64,000 bases of DNA from an uncultured Actinomycetes bacterium. Its GTDB lineage: Bacteria; Actinomycetota; Acidimicrobiia; IMCC26256; PALSA-610. Numbering within the stretch: position 1 is the stretch's first letter; each line of letters begins with the position of its first letter. The stretch lies in contig CAWIJC010000004.1 in NCBI GenBank assembly GCA_963836365.1, positions 72,251-136,250 of the forward strand. The letters are read 5' to 3'. The notes beneath the pieces are model-generated. The model had not been told where the DNA came from. It worked only from the letters and a program-made list of their open reading frames with translations, and did no database searches. The position numbers and the translations under genes are program-made. This document shows positions 1 to 12,178 of the stretch, one piece after another.

Positions 1-7
1 CCTGGGG

Positions 8-601
8 TTGCTCGCCGAGCAACCCCGCCACGGGTACGAACTGAAGACGCGGCTGACCGAGACGCTCGGCCCACTGTGGGGGTTCTCGTTCGGGTCGCTC
101 TATCCGGCGCTGCGCCGACTCGAGCGCGGTGGCGCCATCGAAGAGGTCGGCGGCGGTTCGCCGCCGACCTCTTCGACCGGCTTCGTCGCCACGGGATCGC
201 TGAAAGGTGATCTGGCCGCCGCCCGGCAACGGCGCCGGACACGTCCGACACGGCGCACCCGCAAGGCCTACCGCATGACCGAACACGGCCGGCGGACGTT
301 CGCCGATCTCCTCACCGACGAGACCGGCGACGACGCACGAGCGTTCGCGTTGAAGCTCTCGTTCTGCCGTTACCTCGATGCTGCGGGCCGACTCGCATTC
401 CTCGAGCGGCGCCGCGCCCAACTCACCCAGCAGCTCGCGCGTGAGCGCCGTCCGGCGACACGCACGATCGACCGTTACACCCGGTCGCTCCTCGAGCACC
501 GGGCCCAGTCCACCCAACATGATCTCGAATGGATCGACGAGCTGATCGCGCGAGAGCGCGCCGAACAGCTCGACAAGCGACAAGAAGGAGCCACAGCCTG
601 A
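8..601 (+). CDS. PadR-family transcriptional regulator (may be 5'-partial)
   Basis: N-terminal winged-HTH motifs [18 protein letters not shown] and RKAYRMT, plus a Vir_act_alpha_C-like C-terminal helix. Lies directly upstream of ino1, the typical actinobacterial arrangement. Confidence 0.9.
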   Translation: MLAEQPRHGYELKTRLTETLGPLWGFSFGSLYPALRRLERGGAIEEVGGGSPPTSSTGFVATGSLKGDLAAARQRRRTRPTRRTRKAYRMTEHGRRTFADLLTDETGDDARAFALKLSFCRYLDAAGRLAFLERRRAQLTQQLARERRPATRTIDRYTRSLLEHRAQSTQHDLEWIDELIARERAEQLDKRQEGATA

Positions 602-686
602 GCTCGCGTCGCGAGGCGGATATCGCGCCGAGCAGCGAGCGTGGCCCGAACGGCCCGGCGGCGAAGCCGCCAAGAGAGGACAAACA

Positions 687-1802
687 ATGAGCGGCCCCAC
701 CGCTTCCCCCCGCAAGAGCAGTTCCCGCTCGCAGGTGCGCGTCGCGATCGCCGGTGTCGGCAACTGCGCGAGCAGCCTTGTTCAGGGCGTCGAGTTCTAC
801 CGAAACGCTGATCCGGCCGAGCGCGTGCCGGGCCTTATGCACGTCGACCTCGGGGGCTACCACGTGGGCGCCATCGAGTTCGTCGCCGCGTTCGACGTCG
901 ACGCCGACAAGGTCGGCCTCGATCTGGGCAAGGCGATCTTCACGAGCATCAACAACACGATCAAGTTCGCCGAGGTCCCGAACCTCGGTGTGCTCGTGCA
1001 ACGAGGCCCGACCCACGACGGGCTCGGAAAGTTCTACCGAGAGGTCGTCGAAGAGAGCCCGGCCGCGCCGGTCGACGTCGCACGGTTGCTGCGCGACGCA
1101 CGCGCCGACGTGCTCGTGAGCTATCTACCCGTGGGCTCGGAGGACGCGCAGAAGTTCTACGCGCAGGCGGCACTCGATGCGGGTGTAGCGTTCGTGAACG
1201 CGATCCCGGTGTTCATCGCCAGCAATCCCGAGTGGGCTGCAAGATTCGAAGCGGCAGGAGTGCCGATCATCGGCGACGACATCAAGAGCCAGGTCGGCGC
1301 GACGATCACGCACCGTTTGCTTGCCCGCCTCTTCGAGGATCGCGGTCTCGCGATCGACAACACCTATCAGTTGAACTTCGGCGGCAACATGGACTTCAAG
1401 AACATGCTCGAACGCGAGCGCTTGATGTCCAAGAAGATCAGCAAGACACAGTCGGTCACGAGTCAGATCGACCAGGGCATCAGCACTGACCGTGTACACA
1501 TCGGTCCGTCCGACCATGTGCCGTGGCTGAACGACCGCAAGTGGGCGTATATCCGCCTGGAGGGTCGCAACTTCGGCGACGTCCCGCTGAACGTCGAGCT
1601 GAAGCTCGAGGTATGGGACTCGCCGAACTCGGCGGGCGTGATCATCGACGCCGTGCGCTGCGCCAAGGTCGCCCTCGATCGTGGAATGGGCGGCCCACTC
1701 CTTGGCCCGTCGGCGTACTTCATGAAGTCCCCACCCGTGCAGTACCACGACGACGATGCTCACCGCATGGTCGAAGAGTTCGCCGGTTCGAGCGAGCGGT
1801 AA
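687..1802 (+). CDS. ino1: myo-inositol-1-phosphate synthase
   Basis: Motifs [38 protein letters not shown] and [10 protein letters not shown]-like GAGAGGA upstream. Confidence 0.97.
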   Translation: MSGPTASPRKSSSRSQVRVAIAGVGNCASSLVQGVEFYRNADPAERVPGLMHVDLGGYHVGAIEFVAAFDVDADKVGLDLGKAIFTSINNTIKFAEVPNLGVLVQRGPTHDGLGKFYREVVEESPAAPVDVARLLRDARADVLVSYLPVGSEDAQKFYAQAALDAGVAFVNAIPVFIASNPEWAARFEAAGVPIIGDDIKSQVGATITHRLLARLFEDRGLAIDNTYQLNFGGNMDFKNMLERERLMSKKISKTQSVTSQIDQGISTDRVHIGPSDHVPWLNDRKWAYIRLEGRNFGDVPLNVELKLEVWDSPNSAGVIIDAVRCAKVALDRGMGGPLLGPSAYFMKSPPVQYHDDDAHRMVEEFAGSSER

Positions 1803-1828
1803 CGAGCCGGACGGTTCATAATCCCTGC

Positions 1829-2558
1829 ATGGCGAATACTGACGTGTGGGATCGTGCTGCCGCGCGCCGAAGCGGCAACGCGGCCGACATCAGCGCCGTC
1901 ACATACGCGCCCGACGTTCCGGGTGAGCCCGAACTGCGCTTGTGCGGCGACGTCAAGGGCAAGCGACTGCTCGATCTCGGCTGCGGCAGCGGCGAGAACG
2001 CGATCGTGTTCTCCAAGCAGGGCGCGCACGTTGTCGCGGTGGACCGTTCGGCGGCGCAGCTCGCGCTCGGACGAAAGTACGCCGACGCCGCCAAAGCGCG
2101 TGTTGAATGGCACGAGGGTGACGTCGCCGACCTTGCATTTCTCCGCGCCGACTCGATCGATCTCGCGCTCGCGGCGAGCGTGCTCAGCGAGATCGAAGAC
2201 GTCGACCGTTTGCTGCGCCAGGTGCACCGCGTGCTTCGGCCGGGAGCGCCGTTCGTGTTCTCGATGGTGCACCCGATGGCGTTGGCCGTGGGTCGGGAAG
2301 GCGCTGCACCCGGCGCGCTGCCGCTCGGCTCACTCGAAGTGCGACGCGCGTATTTCGACGACGAACCGGTCGACATCGTGCACGACGACGAGACGATCCG
2401 AGTATTCCCGCGCACGATCGCCACGATCTTCTCGTCGCTCCATCGTGCCGGCTACCGCGTCGACGTCCTGCTCGAGCCGGCGCCCGTCGCGAGCGCCGGA
2501 CGCGACACCGGTGGCCCCGACCGTCGTGATGTGGCGCGCCCGCAAAGAAGGCGTGTAG
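1829..2558 (+). CDS. Class I SAM-dependent methyltransferase (frameshift near 2495)
   Basis: Motifs LLDLGCGSG and RVLRPGAPFVF. The C-terminus (PTVVMWRARKEGV) is in another frame. CATAAT lies 6 nt before the ATG. Confidence 0.85.
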
Positions 2559-2563
2559 CGCGT

Positions 2564-3088
2564 TCAGTACCAGTTGCTCTTCCGGCGCCGCAACCAACCG
2601 GCGAGCAGGAAGAGCGAACCGATGAGCGCGACCGCCGCGACCGCGGCCGCGAACGGCCCCGGGACGAATGCCGCGATGGGCCCGTCGCCGCAGCGGTACG
2701 GCACGACGCTGTCGAATGGTGCCGCCGCCTTGCGCACCGACTGCACGGAGTCCCGTTGCCAGCAGTCGACGCCCGCGCGTTCGCTGGGTGACAGCTCGAC
2801 CTTTGCGCCGCGGCCGGTCGCGACGACCGGAAGCCGTGTCGCATTGTTGAGCCCGTAGCCGAGCGCGTTGTCGGCGACCCATGCGAACGCGGTCACTACG
2901 ACGGCGACGACAAGGGCGTGCGCGTACAGCCGCGCCCAGGTCGCGCGGCGAACACTCGGCGCCGCCGCGGCTGCGTTCGTCCGCGCGACCGCACGCAGGT
3001 CGTCCTCGACCCCTTCGGCGCCCGGCGTGGGGATCGTCGCCAGCCGCGCCGACCAGGTCTTGCCCGGGAGTATCCCCCGCCTATCCAT
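2564..3088 (-). CDS. Hypothetical two-TM membrane protein
   Basis: Two hydrophobic segments flank a loop with two Cys. TAAACT lies 6 nt before the ATG (leaderless-type start). Confidence 0.65.
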   Translation of the reverse strand: MDRRGILPGKTWSARLATIPTPGAEGVEDDLRAVARTNAAAAAPSVRRATWARLYAHALVVAVVVTAFAWVADNALGYGLNNATRLPVVATGRGAKVELSPSERAGVDCWQRDSVQSVRKAAAPFDSVVPYRCGDGPIAAFVPGPFAAAVAAVALIGSLFLLAGWLRRRKSNWY

Positions 3089-3140
3089 ATAGGCAGTTTA
3101 GGACGATTTATCCGCAGTGGCCAGGCGCAGGTCCAGAGGA

Positions 3141-4545
3141 TCAGCCGCCGGCGACGCCCCGCTCGTGCGCCCACGCCCGCAGTCGGCGCGTACGCCTGGT
3201 CCTCGGACATCGGCCCCTCGTCCAGTCGGAGCTCGAGCAGATACGCGAGGGCCTCGCCGACGACGGGCCCGGCCCGACGCCGAGGAAGTTCATCACCTGG
3301 CGGCCGTCGAGCGCGGGGCGGATGCTCGCCAGCTCCTCCTCGCGCCCGTAGCTCGGCGATCCGCGCCTCGAGGTCGTCCATCCGGCGGCCGAGTGCGGCC
3401 GCCTTGCGGGCGTCGCGGGTCGTGCAGTCGCACCGGGTCAACTCGTTGAGGTCGTCGAGCAGGTCGCCGGCGTCGCGCACGTAGCGCCGCACGGCACTGT
3501 CGGTCCAGCCCATGCGATACGTGTGGAACCGCAGGTGTAGCTCGACGAGCTTGGTCACGCTCGTCGACGATCTCTGTCGGATAGCGCAAGCGCTGTCACC
3601 CGCTCGCGCGTCATACGGGCGCCGACCACCTCATGATGGTGGAACGTCACACCCTGTGGACCGAAGCCGCGCGTGCGCGGCTTGCCGACGTCGTGCATCA
3701 GTGCCGCGAGACGTAGGCGCAACGTCGGTGAGGTCTTCGCCACGACCGCGATCGTGTGCGCGAGCACGTCCTTGTGGCGGTGGATCGGGTCCTGTTCGAG
3801 CTGCATGGCGTTGAGCTCGGGCAGGAACTCGTCCGACGAGAGCGCGTCCGCGAGATCAGCCAGAGTCCCGGCGACGGGATCGTCCGCCACCAGCATCTTC
3901 GAGAGCTCGTCGCGAATCGCGTTCGGCGCTGATGATCGCCAAGTCGCTCGTGCATTCGCCTTGATCGCCCGCGACGATTTCGACCGTCGGCTCGAAGGCC
4001 AGCGTGGCGACGAAGCGCGCAGCCCGCAGCATGCGCAGCGGGTCGTCCGCGAACGACACCTCCGGCGACAACGGCGTCCGCAGCCGGCGCGCGACGAGAT
4101 CGGCCGAACCTTCGAATGGATCGACGAGCGTCGGGTCGTCGAGCGCGAGCGCCATCGCGTTGACGGTGAAGTCTCTCCGTGACAGGTCGGTGTGGATGTC
4201 GTCGGAGAACGTCACCTCGGGCTTGCGGCTCTCCGCGTGATACACATCGGCCCGAAACGTCGTGACCTCGAAGCGCTCGCCATCTTTCTCGCACCCGACG
4301 GTCCCGAAGCGTTGTCCTTGCAGCCAGACGGCATCGGCCCACTCGCTTACGGCCTTCTCGATGTCGTCGGGTCGCGCGTCGGTGGCGATGTCGACGTCCT
4401 CGATCGGCCGGTCGAGCAGGGCGTCGCGCACGCTGCCGCCGACCAGGTACGCCCGATACCCGCCTTTGGCGAGGCGCGCGGCGAGCTGCTGGGTCGGCGA
4501 GCTGGGCTCGAAGAAGCGCTCTAGGCGCGGCGGGACGATCGTCAC
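3141..4545 (-). CDS. cca: CCA-adding tRNA nucleotidyltransferase with HD domain (several frameshifts)
   Basis: Motifs LVGGSVRD, DVDIAT, DLSRRDFTVNAMA, DDPLRMLRAARF, HKDVLAHT, HDVGKP and DCTTR, spread over several frames. Confidence 0.92.
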
Positions 4546-4625
4546 GACCGGGCATTCTCGCGGGTCGAGCCGCGAAGCACCGCTTGTTTCTGCCGCGCTG
4601 CGCCGAGCCTCCCGCAGGAGCCGGT

Positions 4626-5726
4626 CTACCTCGTCGCGGTCGCCTTCTCGGCGGCTTGCTCCATCGTGTACTGCTCGATCATCAATCGGAGGTCGTGCGG
4701 CGTCGTCGATGCGGCCAGCGCCTCGCGCAGCTCGATGAGACCCTGCTTGTAGAGGCCGAGCAGGCTCTGGTCGAACGTCTGCATGCCGTAGTACTCGCCG
4801 TCGGCGATGATCTGTTCGATCTCGTGGGTTTCCTCGGGCGTGACGATCTTGTCGAACACACGCCCGGTCGCCACCAACACCTCGACGGCAGGCGCACGGC
4901 CGCCTTCGCGCTTCTCGACCAGCCGCTGGCTGACGATTCCGCGTAGCGACGCGGCCAGCGACATCCGCACCTGCCGCTGCTCGTGCGGCGGGAAGAAGTC
5001 GATGATCCGGTTGATCGAGTCGGTTGCGCTGATCGTGTGCAGCGTCGAGAACACGAGGTGACCGGTCTCCGCCGCGGTCAGCGCGGTCTTCACGGTCTCC
5101 ACGTCGCGCATCTCGCCGACGAGGATGACGTCGGGATCCTGGCGCAGGACGCGCCTCAGCGCGGCGTTGAAGTCGGCGGTGTCGGTACCCACCTCGCGCT
5201 GGTTCACGATGGAGCACTTGTCGGCGTGGAGGATCTCGATCGGGTCCTCGATCGTCACGATGTGCTTGCTGAAGCGTTCGTTGATGAAGTCGATCATCGT
5301 GCCGAGCGTCGTCGTCTTGCCCGAACCGGTCGGTCCGGTGACGAGCACCAGGCCGCGCTGGTGATCGGTGAGCTTCTTGACCGCAGGGGGCAGGCCAAGG
5401 TTCTCGAACGTCGGGATCTCGCTCTGCACGCGGCGCAACACGAGCCCGACCGAGCCGCGCTGGCGCATCACGTTCACCCGGAAGCGGCCCAAGCCGGAGA
5501 CCGAGTATGCGAAGTCGGCTTCCGACGATGCGATGAACTCCTCGGCGCGTTGCTTCGGCATCATCGCGAACGCGATGCGCTCGGTCTCGACCGGCGACAC
5601 GGTGTTGTGCTCGGTCTGCTCCAGGCGTCCGTCGACGCGGATGTACGGCGGCGATCCAACCTTGATGTGCACGTCGGACGCGCCGCGCTCGACGGCTCGG
5701 CGCAGCAACTGATCCACATCCAACAA
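4626..5726 (-). CDS. pilT: PilT/PilU-family type IV pilus retraction ATPase
   Basis: Motifs ASDVHI, GPTGSGKTTT, TIEDPIE, LRQDPDVILVGEMRD, TAAETGHLVFSTLHT and GMQTFDQSL. Confidence 0.93.
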   Translation of the reverse strand: MLDVDQLLRRAVERGASDVHIKVGSPPYIRVDGRLEQTEHNTVSPVETERIAFAMMPKQRAEEFIASSEADFAYSVSGLGRFRVNVMRQRGSVGLVLRRVQSEIPTFENLGLPPAVKKLTDHQRGLVLVTGPTGSGKTTTLGTMIDFINERFSKHIVTIEDPIEILHADKCSIVNQREVGTDTADFNAALRRVLRQDPDVILVGEMRDVETVKTALTAAETGHLVFSTLHTISATDSINRIIDFFPPHEQRQVRMSLAASLRGIVSQRLVEKREGGRAPAVEVLVATGRVFDKIVTPEETHEIEQIIADGEYYGMQTFDQSLLGLYKQGLIELREALAASTTPHDLRLMIEQYTMEQAAEKATATR

Positions 5727-5830
5727 CGGCGATCACCTCTCGCTGGCCGGGCCCGGTACCTGTTCTCGATCGGCAGAAGTCCGACTCGTCTGGAGTGCCG
5801 GCGGCCGTCGGAGGTGAGGATTCCGTCCCG

Positions 5831-6834
5831 TCAGCGGTGAAGATGCAGCTCCCGGGCGGCGTGGACCGATGTCAGGCCCGGCCCACCGGCAGTCGCGGTG
5901 CTCGGGATGCAGCGGCGTGCCGATCAATGCGGCCGCGGTCGCGGCCACCGAGTCACGAAGTGCCTCGAGGTCGTAGCCACCCTCGAGGAACGCAACCGTG
6001 CGCTCGCGCGGGAGCGACCCCGAGGACACGTTCGGTGAGCAACGCATAGTCGCCCGCCGAGAGACCGAGCCCGGTGAGGGGGTCGGCGCGGTGGGCGTCG
6101 AAGCCCGCGGAGATCAATACCCATGTCGGCGCGAACTCCACGGCGAGCGGCGCCACGACGGTGTCGAGGGCGGCAAGGAACACGTCGCCGGTCGCACCCG
6201 CGGGCAGGGGGACGTTGATCGTTGCACCGCAACCCGGTCCCTCACCCTGCTCGTCGAGTCGACCGGTCCCCGGAAGAGAGGCCACTCGTGCAATGACATG
6301 TAGAGCACCTGGGGATCGGCCCAGAAGATCTCCTGCGTGCCGTTCCCGTGGTGCGCATCCCAATCGACGATCAACACCCGTTCGCCGCGATCGCGAAGCG
6401 CCGCCGCGGTGACGGCGACGTTGTTCAACAAGCAGAAACCCATCGCGCCCGCCGGGACTGCGTGATGACCGGGCGGGCGCACGGCGCAGAATGCCGCGTC
6501 ACCGTCGCCGCTCTCGAGGGCGTCGACCGCAGCGAGGCCCGCGCCGGCGGCGAACAGCGCGGCCTCCCAGGATCCGGTCGAGGCCGAGGTATCGCGGTCG
6601 ATCGCGCCGCCGCCGCGCGCGCAGAAGCGCTCGAGCTGCTCGAGGTACGTCGACGTATGCACACGCTCGAGCTCGTCGCGCGTCGCGGCGTCGCGGTTCG
6701 AGGGGCCGGATCGCGTCGCGAACGTCATCGGCCGCGAGTCCGTCGAGGACAGCGCGGAGACGTGCTGCGCGCTCCGGGTGACCACGCCCCGGATCGTGTG
6801 CCTCGAAGCGCGGATCGGTCGCAACGAGCAGCAC
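5831..6834 (-). CDS. Zn-dependent histone deacetylase family protein (frameshifted)
   Basis: Motifs GHPE, RPPGHHA, GFCLLNN, VDWDAHHGNGTQ, SAGFDAHRADPL and LEGGYDL across frames. TACATT lies 7 nt before GTG 6834. Confidence 0.92.
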
Positions 6835-6875
6835 GACCACGAATGTACCCGGCCGTCTCGCTACGCTCGCCCGCG

Positions 6876-7580
6876 GTGAAGGCGCAGACGAAAGCGCATT
6901 CGTACCGGTTTCGTGGCGGTGTCTTACGGGTCGCAGCGTGGCACGGACGTCCCGATGTCGCGACGATTGCGGTGCACGGCGCCGACGCTCCCACACCGCG
7001 CGCACTCGACCGCCTCCTCCACCGAATGCGCGACGCGGGCTACCGGGAGGTCCTCACGAACGCGGTCGGGCCGGGAACGAGCCTGTGGCTCGTCGACAGC
7101 GGATTCGCAGTGCGAGGACGGTTGCATCTTCTCGAACACGACCTCCACGATCTTCCGAAGCCGACGCGACGGACCCGCCGTGCGACGCGTGCTGACCGCG
7201 ACGCGATCGTCGACGTCGACACCGCCTCGTTCGACGAGTTCTGGCGGTTCGACGAGCTCGCGCTGCGCGAAGCGACGCGCGCGACGCCACGGGCGCGCAC
7301 ACGTGTGGCCGCACGCGGCCCGGACGTACTCGGATACGGCTTGTTCGGACGCGCGGGAACGACAGGATATGTGCAGCGACTCGCCGTGCGACCGGAAGCC
7401 CAACACCAGGGCCTCGGGCGCGCGCTGCTCGGCGACGGCTTGTCCTGGTTGCTGATGCACGGCGCGACACGTGCGCTCGTGAACACGCAGGAGAACAACG
7501 CGCGCGCGCTCGACATCTATTTGCGCGCGGGATTCGCTCGGTTGCCGGTTGGACTCTGCGTACTGGGGCGCGATTTGTGA
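6876..7580 (+). CDS. GNAT-family N-acetyltransferase (degenerate N-terminal domain plus C-terminal GNAT)
   Basis: Acetyl-CoA motif A (YVQRLAVRPEAQHQGLGRALL) and motif B (NARALDIYLRAGF). The stop overlaps the next GTG. Confidence 0.88.
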   Translation: MKAQTKAHSYRFRGGVLRVAAWHGRPDVATIAVHGADAPTPRALDRLLHRMRDAGYREVLTNAVGPGTSLWLVDSGFAVRGRLHLLEHDLHDLPKPTRRTRRATRADRDAIVDVDTASFDEFWRFDELALREATRATPRARTRVAARGPDVLGYGLFGRAGTTGYVQRLAVRPEAQHQGLGRALLGDGLSWLLMHGATRALVNTQENNARALDIYLRAGFARLPVGLCVLGRDL

Positions 7581-9606
7581 GTGCGATCCGACGCGCGACG
7601 CGTGTCGTGCTTGCGGCGCTCCTCGTCCTGATCGCTCTGCCGAGCGCCGCGCCGCGCGCAGCAACAAGCGCCGAGCGCCCGGGCGCTGCCCGTTGGCATA
7701 CGCCTCGTCCACCAGGACCCGTGGGTTCGCGCCGCGGGCAGTTCACGATGCTCCTCGGGATAGACAACAGGTCGCTGGTCGGTCGCCCCAATGCGGCAAT
7801 CCTCGTTCAGGTGCATGCGTCGACGACCTCCCGCACATCGTTCGACGAAGTGATCGCGAACAGCGCACCAGGCAACGGCCTGTACACGCTGCCCCCGATG
7901 CCCGTGGCGTCGCTGCCCCGGCTGCACGGCGACCTCGTCGTCACGCTCGGTCTGAGCGGCTCGGACGTCACGCCTCGGATCGGCATCAGCTCACACGGCG
8001 TCTACCCGGTCGAGGTGTCGCTCACGAACACGGGCACCGCGACCGCCTCGTTCATCACCTGGCTGGTGGTTGTCGCGAACGGAGACCGACCCGTCGACGA
8101 ACCGCTGATGGTCTCGTCGATCTGGCAAGTGGTCGCGCCACCGGCGCGGCTGCCCGACGACAGCGTCGACCCGAAGGTCGCGGCCCAGATGGCACCAGAC
8201 GGTCGGCTGTCGCGGATCGCCGACGTTGCTAGGTCGCAGCGGCGGACTTCCACTCACCCTTTCTCTCGGGCCGGAGACCATGGAGACGTGGTCGAAGCTG
8301 GCCGCGAACAACGCCGGCGTTCGCGCGTGGATTCAATCGTGTGCGCGGCGCGGCGCGGCGCGCTCGGGCAACGAGCTGCCTGCCGACCGCCTACGTACCG
8401 GTCGAGCTGCCGGCGCTCGAGGCGAGCGGCTTCGGCGACAAGCTTCCCGACCTCGTGACCAAGGGCAACGCGACGCTGCGCGAGGTCCTGGGCGCGGCGC
8501 CGCCCGGCGACTCCCGGACGATGTTCGTCGACCCTGCCGACGACGCATCGGCGGACGGCCTGCGGGAGATGCACATCGGCACGGGTCGCCGTACGCCAGC
8601 CGGCCCTCGAACAGGTGACGCATCGGTACTCACCGGCGCAGGCGTTCTCGCTCGAGACACCCGGCGGGCGGTCGCTCGGCGTCGCGACCGCCCCGTTCAT
8701 CGAGCAGCTCTTCACGGGCCCTGATCCGGCCGCGCTCAAGGCGCAGCGCGTGATCGCAGCACTGGCGGAGATCGCGTACGAGTGGCCATCGATTGCGCGT
8801 GGTGTCGTGATCGCGCCACCCGCGGACTGGCGACCCGACCTCACGCTCTACACGACACTGCTCGACGCGCTGCGCGACTTTCCGCTCGCGACACCGGTGA
8901 CGCTCGACACGCTGTTCGCCCGCATCTCGAGAGAACAGGTCAACGGCGTCGACCTCGAGCGCGAGTTCGCGCCGACCGTTCCCGGATCGACCCCCTTGAC
9001 GCGCAGCGAGTGGGACGCAGCGCAACAGCAGCTCGACGCGTATCGCGCGGTCGTGCCGCGCGACGACCCCGCGGTCGCGCAGGGCGAACAGGCACTCACC
9101 CGAGTCATCTCGACCGCGATCACGCCCGCGCAGGCACACGCCGCCCTGGCGCGGATCGACAGACGCGGTCGAAGACCTTCACCAGCGGCATCACCGTCGA
9201 CCCCAAGCGGGTGACGCTCACTTCTCGCCGAGCAGAAGTGCCGATCACATTCGAGAACAGCGCTCGGGCGAACGGTCACCGTGCGGGTGCACCTCGCGAG
9301 CGAGAAGCTGCTGTTCCCCAAGGGCTCCGACGTCGACATCACGCTCCCACCGGGTCGCACGACGTTCACGAAGGAGTTCCCAGTCGAGGCGCGGACATCC
9401 GGAACCTTCCCAATGGACATCACTCTGACGACAGTCGACGGGGGCTTGTCGTTCGGCGGCACGACGAGCGTGACGGTGCGCTCAACGGTCTTCGGCGGTT
9501 TCGCGATCGCACTGACCGTCGGCGCGCTCGCGTTCCTCGCGATCTGGTGGGCGAATCACTTCCGGCGCACGCGTCGCGGCGAGGCGCCGGACCAACCCCA
9601 CGCTGA
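7577..9606 (+). CDS. DUF6049-like secreted, membrane-anchored protein upstream of murJ (frameshifted)
   Basis: Signal peptide, GVYPVEVSL, a C-terminal Ig-like region (RTSGTFPMDITL) and a TM anchor. Occupies the conserved position before murJ. Confidence 0.75.
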
Positions 9607-9607
9607 C

Positions 9608-11271
9608 GTGACCGAACCGGGCGCGCCAGGCGCGGCCGCGCGACGACGAACGCGACAACAGATCGAACGTGCCGGCCTGGCCCGCTCGAGCATCGCGGTC
9701 GCCACCGGCACCCTGCTGTCGCGCGTCACAGGACTGGTGCGCATCGCTGCGCTGGCGTACGCCGTCGGCGGCGCCAGCCTCGCCGACGCGTACAACCTCG
9801 CAAACACGACGCCGAACATCGTTTACGAGCTGTTACTCGGCGGGATCATCTCGGCGACCATCGTGCCGATCTTCGTACAGCCACGTCGAGGCCGACGAGC
9901 ACCGATCGATATCGGCCATCTTCACCGTGACGTTGACGGTGCTCACGGGCTTCACGATGGTCGCGATGGCCTTCACGCCGTTGATCGCCCGCCTGTTCTC
10001 GATCGACGCCGCCGGCGCCGAACGCGACGCGCAGCGATACGTCGTCACCGTGCTGACGTTGTGCTTCCTGCCTCAGATGATGTTCTACGGACTCACCGCC
10101 CTCGAGACGGCGCTGCTGAACGCGCACCGCCGGTTCGTCGCCGCGGCGTACGCGCCGGCGCTGAACAATGTCGTCGTCATAGGTGTGATGCTCGCGTTCG
10201 CGGCACGGACATCGCACAACCGCCCGTCGTGGACCGACGCCGTACGGTTGCGCGACGAGCTGGGCCTCGTGCTGCTGCTCGGACTCGGCACGACCGCAGG
10301 CATCGTGGTGATGGCGATTGCGCTCATTCCGGCGATGCGGCGCGCCGGCGTCCGCATACAGCCGGTGTTCGCGTGGCGCGACGCCGGTGTCCGCACGATG
10401 GTTCGGCTCTCAGGTTGGACGCTCGGCTACGTCGCGACGAATCAGATCGCGCAGCTCTTCGTGCTCGTCCTCGCGAAGACCGGCTCGGAAGGCAACGTGA
10501 CCGCGTACGTCTACGCATTCACCTTCTATGTGCTTCCGCACAGTCTGCTCGCCGTCTCGTTGATGACGACGATGACGCCCGAGCTGGCGCGGCGCGCGGC
10601 CTCCGGCGACGAGCCCGGGTATGCGGCGCGACTTCAAGCTCGGATTGCGCTTCCTCGTGACACTGACGGTGCCGGCGTCGGTGTTGCTCGCGGTGCTCGC
10701 CCAGCCGATGGTCGGCATCCTGACCATCGGCAAGTTCGGCGCGGACAACGCACACGTCACGGGCGACACGTTGCAGCTGTTCGCGATCAGTCTCGTCCCG
10801 TTCTCGGTCTATCTCTACACGATGCGCGCGTTCTTCGCGCGCCAGGACACGCGCACGCCGTTCGTGATCAACGCCGTGGAGAACGGGATCAACGTCGTGC
10901 TCGCGCTCGTGCTCTTTCCGACGCTCGGCGTACAGGGTCTCGCGCTCGTGTGGAGCGTGGCGTATACCGCCGCGGCCGTCATCGGACTGATCGTGCTGCG
11001 CGACCGCATCGGGACCGTCGTCGACGTGGGTGTGCGCGGCGCGATCAGCAAAGCCGTGATCGCGACCCTTCCGCTCGCGATTGTCGCGGTTGCGCTCGCG
11101 GGCGCGATCGGTTCAACCGTCGCCGCACGAGCAGTTGTGGCCACCATGATCGCCGGCGCGTGCGGGACGTTGGCGTACGTCGCCGTGCTCGGGTTACTCC
11201 GGTCCTCGGAGTTGGGAACCACGCTCGATCTGGTCAGGCGCCGCCTCGGCCGCGCCGACGTGTCACCATGA
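9608..11271 (+). CDS. murJ: Lipid II flippase MurJ (frameshifts near 9880 and 10620)
   Basis: Motifs TLLSRVTGLVR, ADAYNLANTTPNIVYELLLGG, LPQMMFYG and RAFFARQDTRTPF. Confidence 0.93.
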
Positions 11272-11332
11272 GGCCCGCACGGGAGTCGAACGGCGTCACA
11301 ACCCACGGCCAGCTGCGCGAGGAGGGGCCTCC

Positions 11333-12173
11333 ATGCCCGTACGGATCGTCACCGACAGCGCCTGCGATCTTCCCGAGCCCGTGTGCGAGGAGCTCGGTAT
11401 CGAGGTCGTCCCGCTCACGATCCGGTTCGGTGAACGCGAGTACGTAGATCGCGAGGAGCTGAGTGTCGAGGCGTTCTGGCGCGAGCTCGAGTCGTCGCCA
11501 GTCTTGCCCGAGACCGCCGCGCCGTCGGTCGGCGCGTTCGAAGAGACGTTCCGGCACCTCGCCGACGACGGCGCCGACGGCGTCGTGTGCATCAACCTTT
11601 CCGCGCGGCTTTCCGCAACGATGCAATCTGCTGTCGTCGCCGCAAAGGCGCTCGAGGGTCAGGTGCCGGTGGAGATCATCGACTCGAGGAGCGCGTCGAT
11701 GGGCATCGGCAACCTCGTCGTTCATGCCGCGCGCCGTGCGCGTGACGGCTCGTCGATCGACGACATCGTGCACGGCGTCGAAGCGCGTCGCGATGCGCAG
11801 CACGTGTTCGCGACCGTCGACACACTCGAGTATCTGCGCAAGGGCGGCCGAATCGGCGGTGCCCAAGCCCTGCTCGGCTCGATGCTCTCGATCAAGCCCG
11901 TGATCGCCGTCGTCGACGGCGCCGTCGAGCCGGCCGGCAAGGTTCGCACTCGCTCGAAGGCCCTGCGGATGATCGTCGATCGCATTCCCGGCGGCGGCGT
12001 CGAGACGATCAGCGTGCTGCATGCGATGGCGCCCGACCTCGACGAGCTCCTCGTCGCTCATCGAGCCGAAGGTCCCCGATGCCGAAGTGGTCGTCGGGAC
12101 GATCGGTCCGGTGATCGGCGTGCACACCGGACCGCGTGTGATCGGTATCGCATTCATCGAACGGTCCGGCTGA
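11333..12173 (+). CDS. DegV-family fatty-acid-binding protein (frameshift near 12057)
   Basis: Motifs IVTDSACDL, INLSARLSAT, IIDSRSASMG and LEYLRKGGRIG. The conserved end IGPVIGVHTGP is in a shifted frame ending at TGA 12171-12173. Confidence 0.9.
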
Positions 12174-12178
12174 CGCGC

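Noticed and set aside
9281-10660. Apparent fusion of the DUF6049 C-terminus to MurJ
   Set aside because: A TGA at 9604-9606 followed by GTG 9608 suggests two genes joined by an indel.
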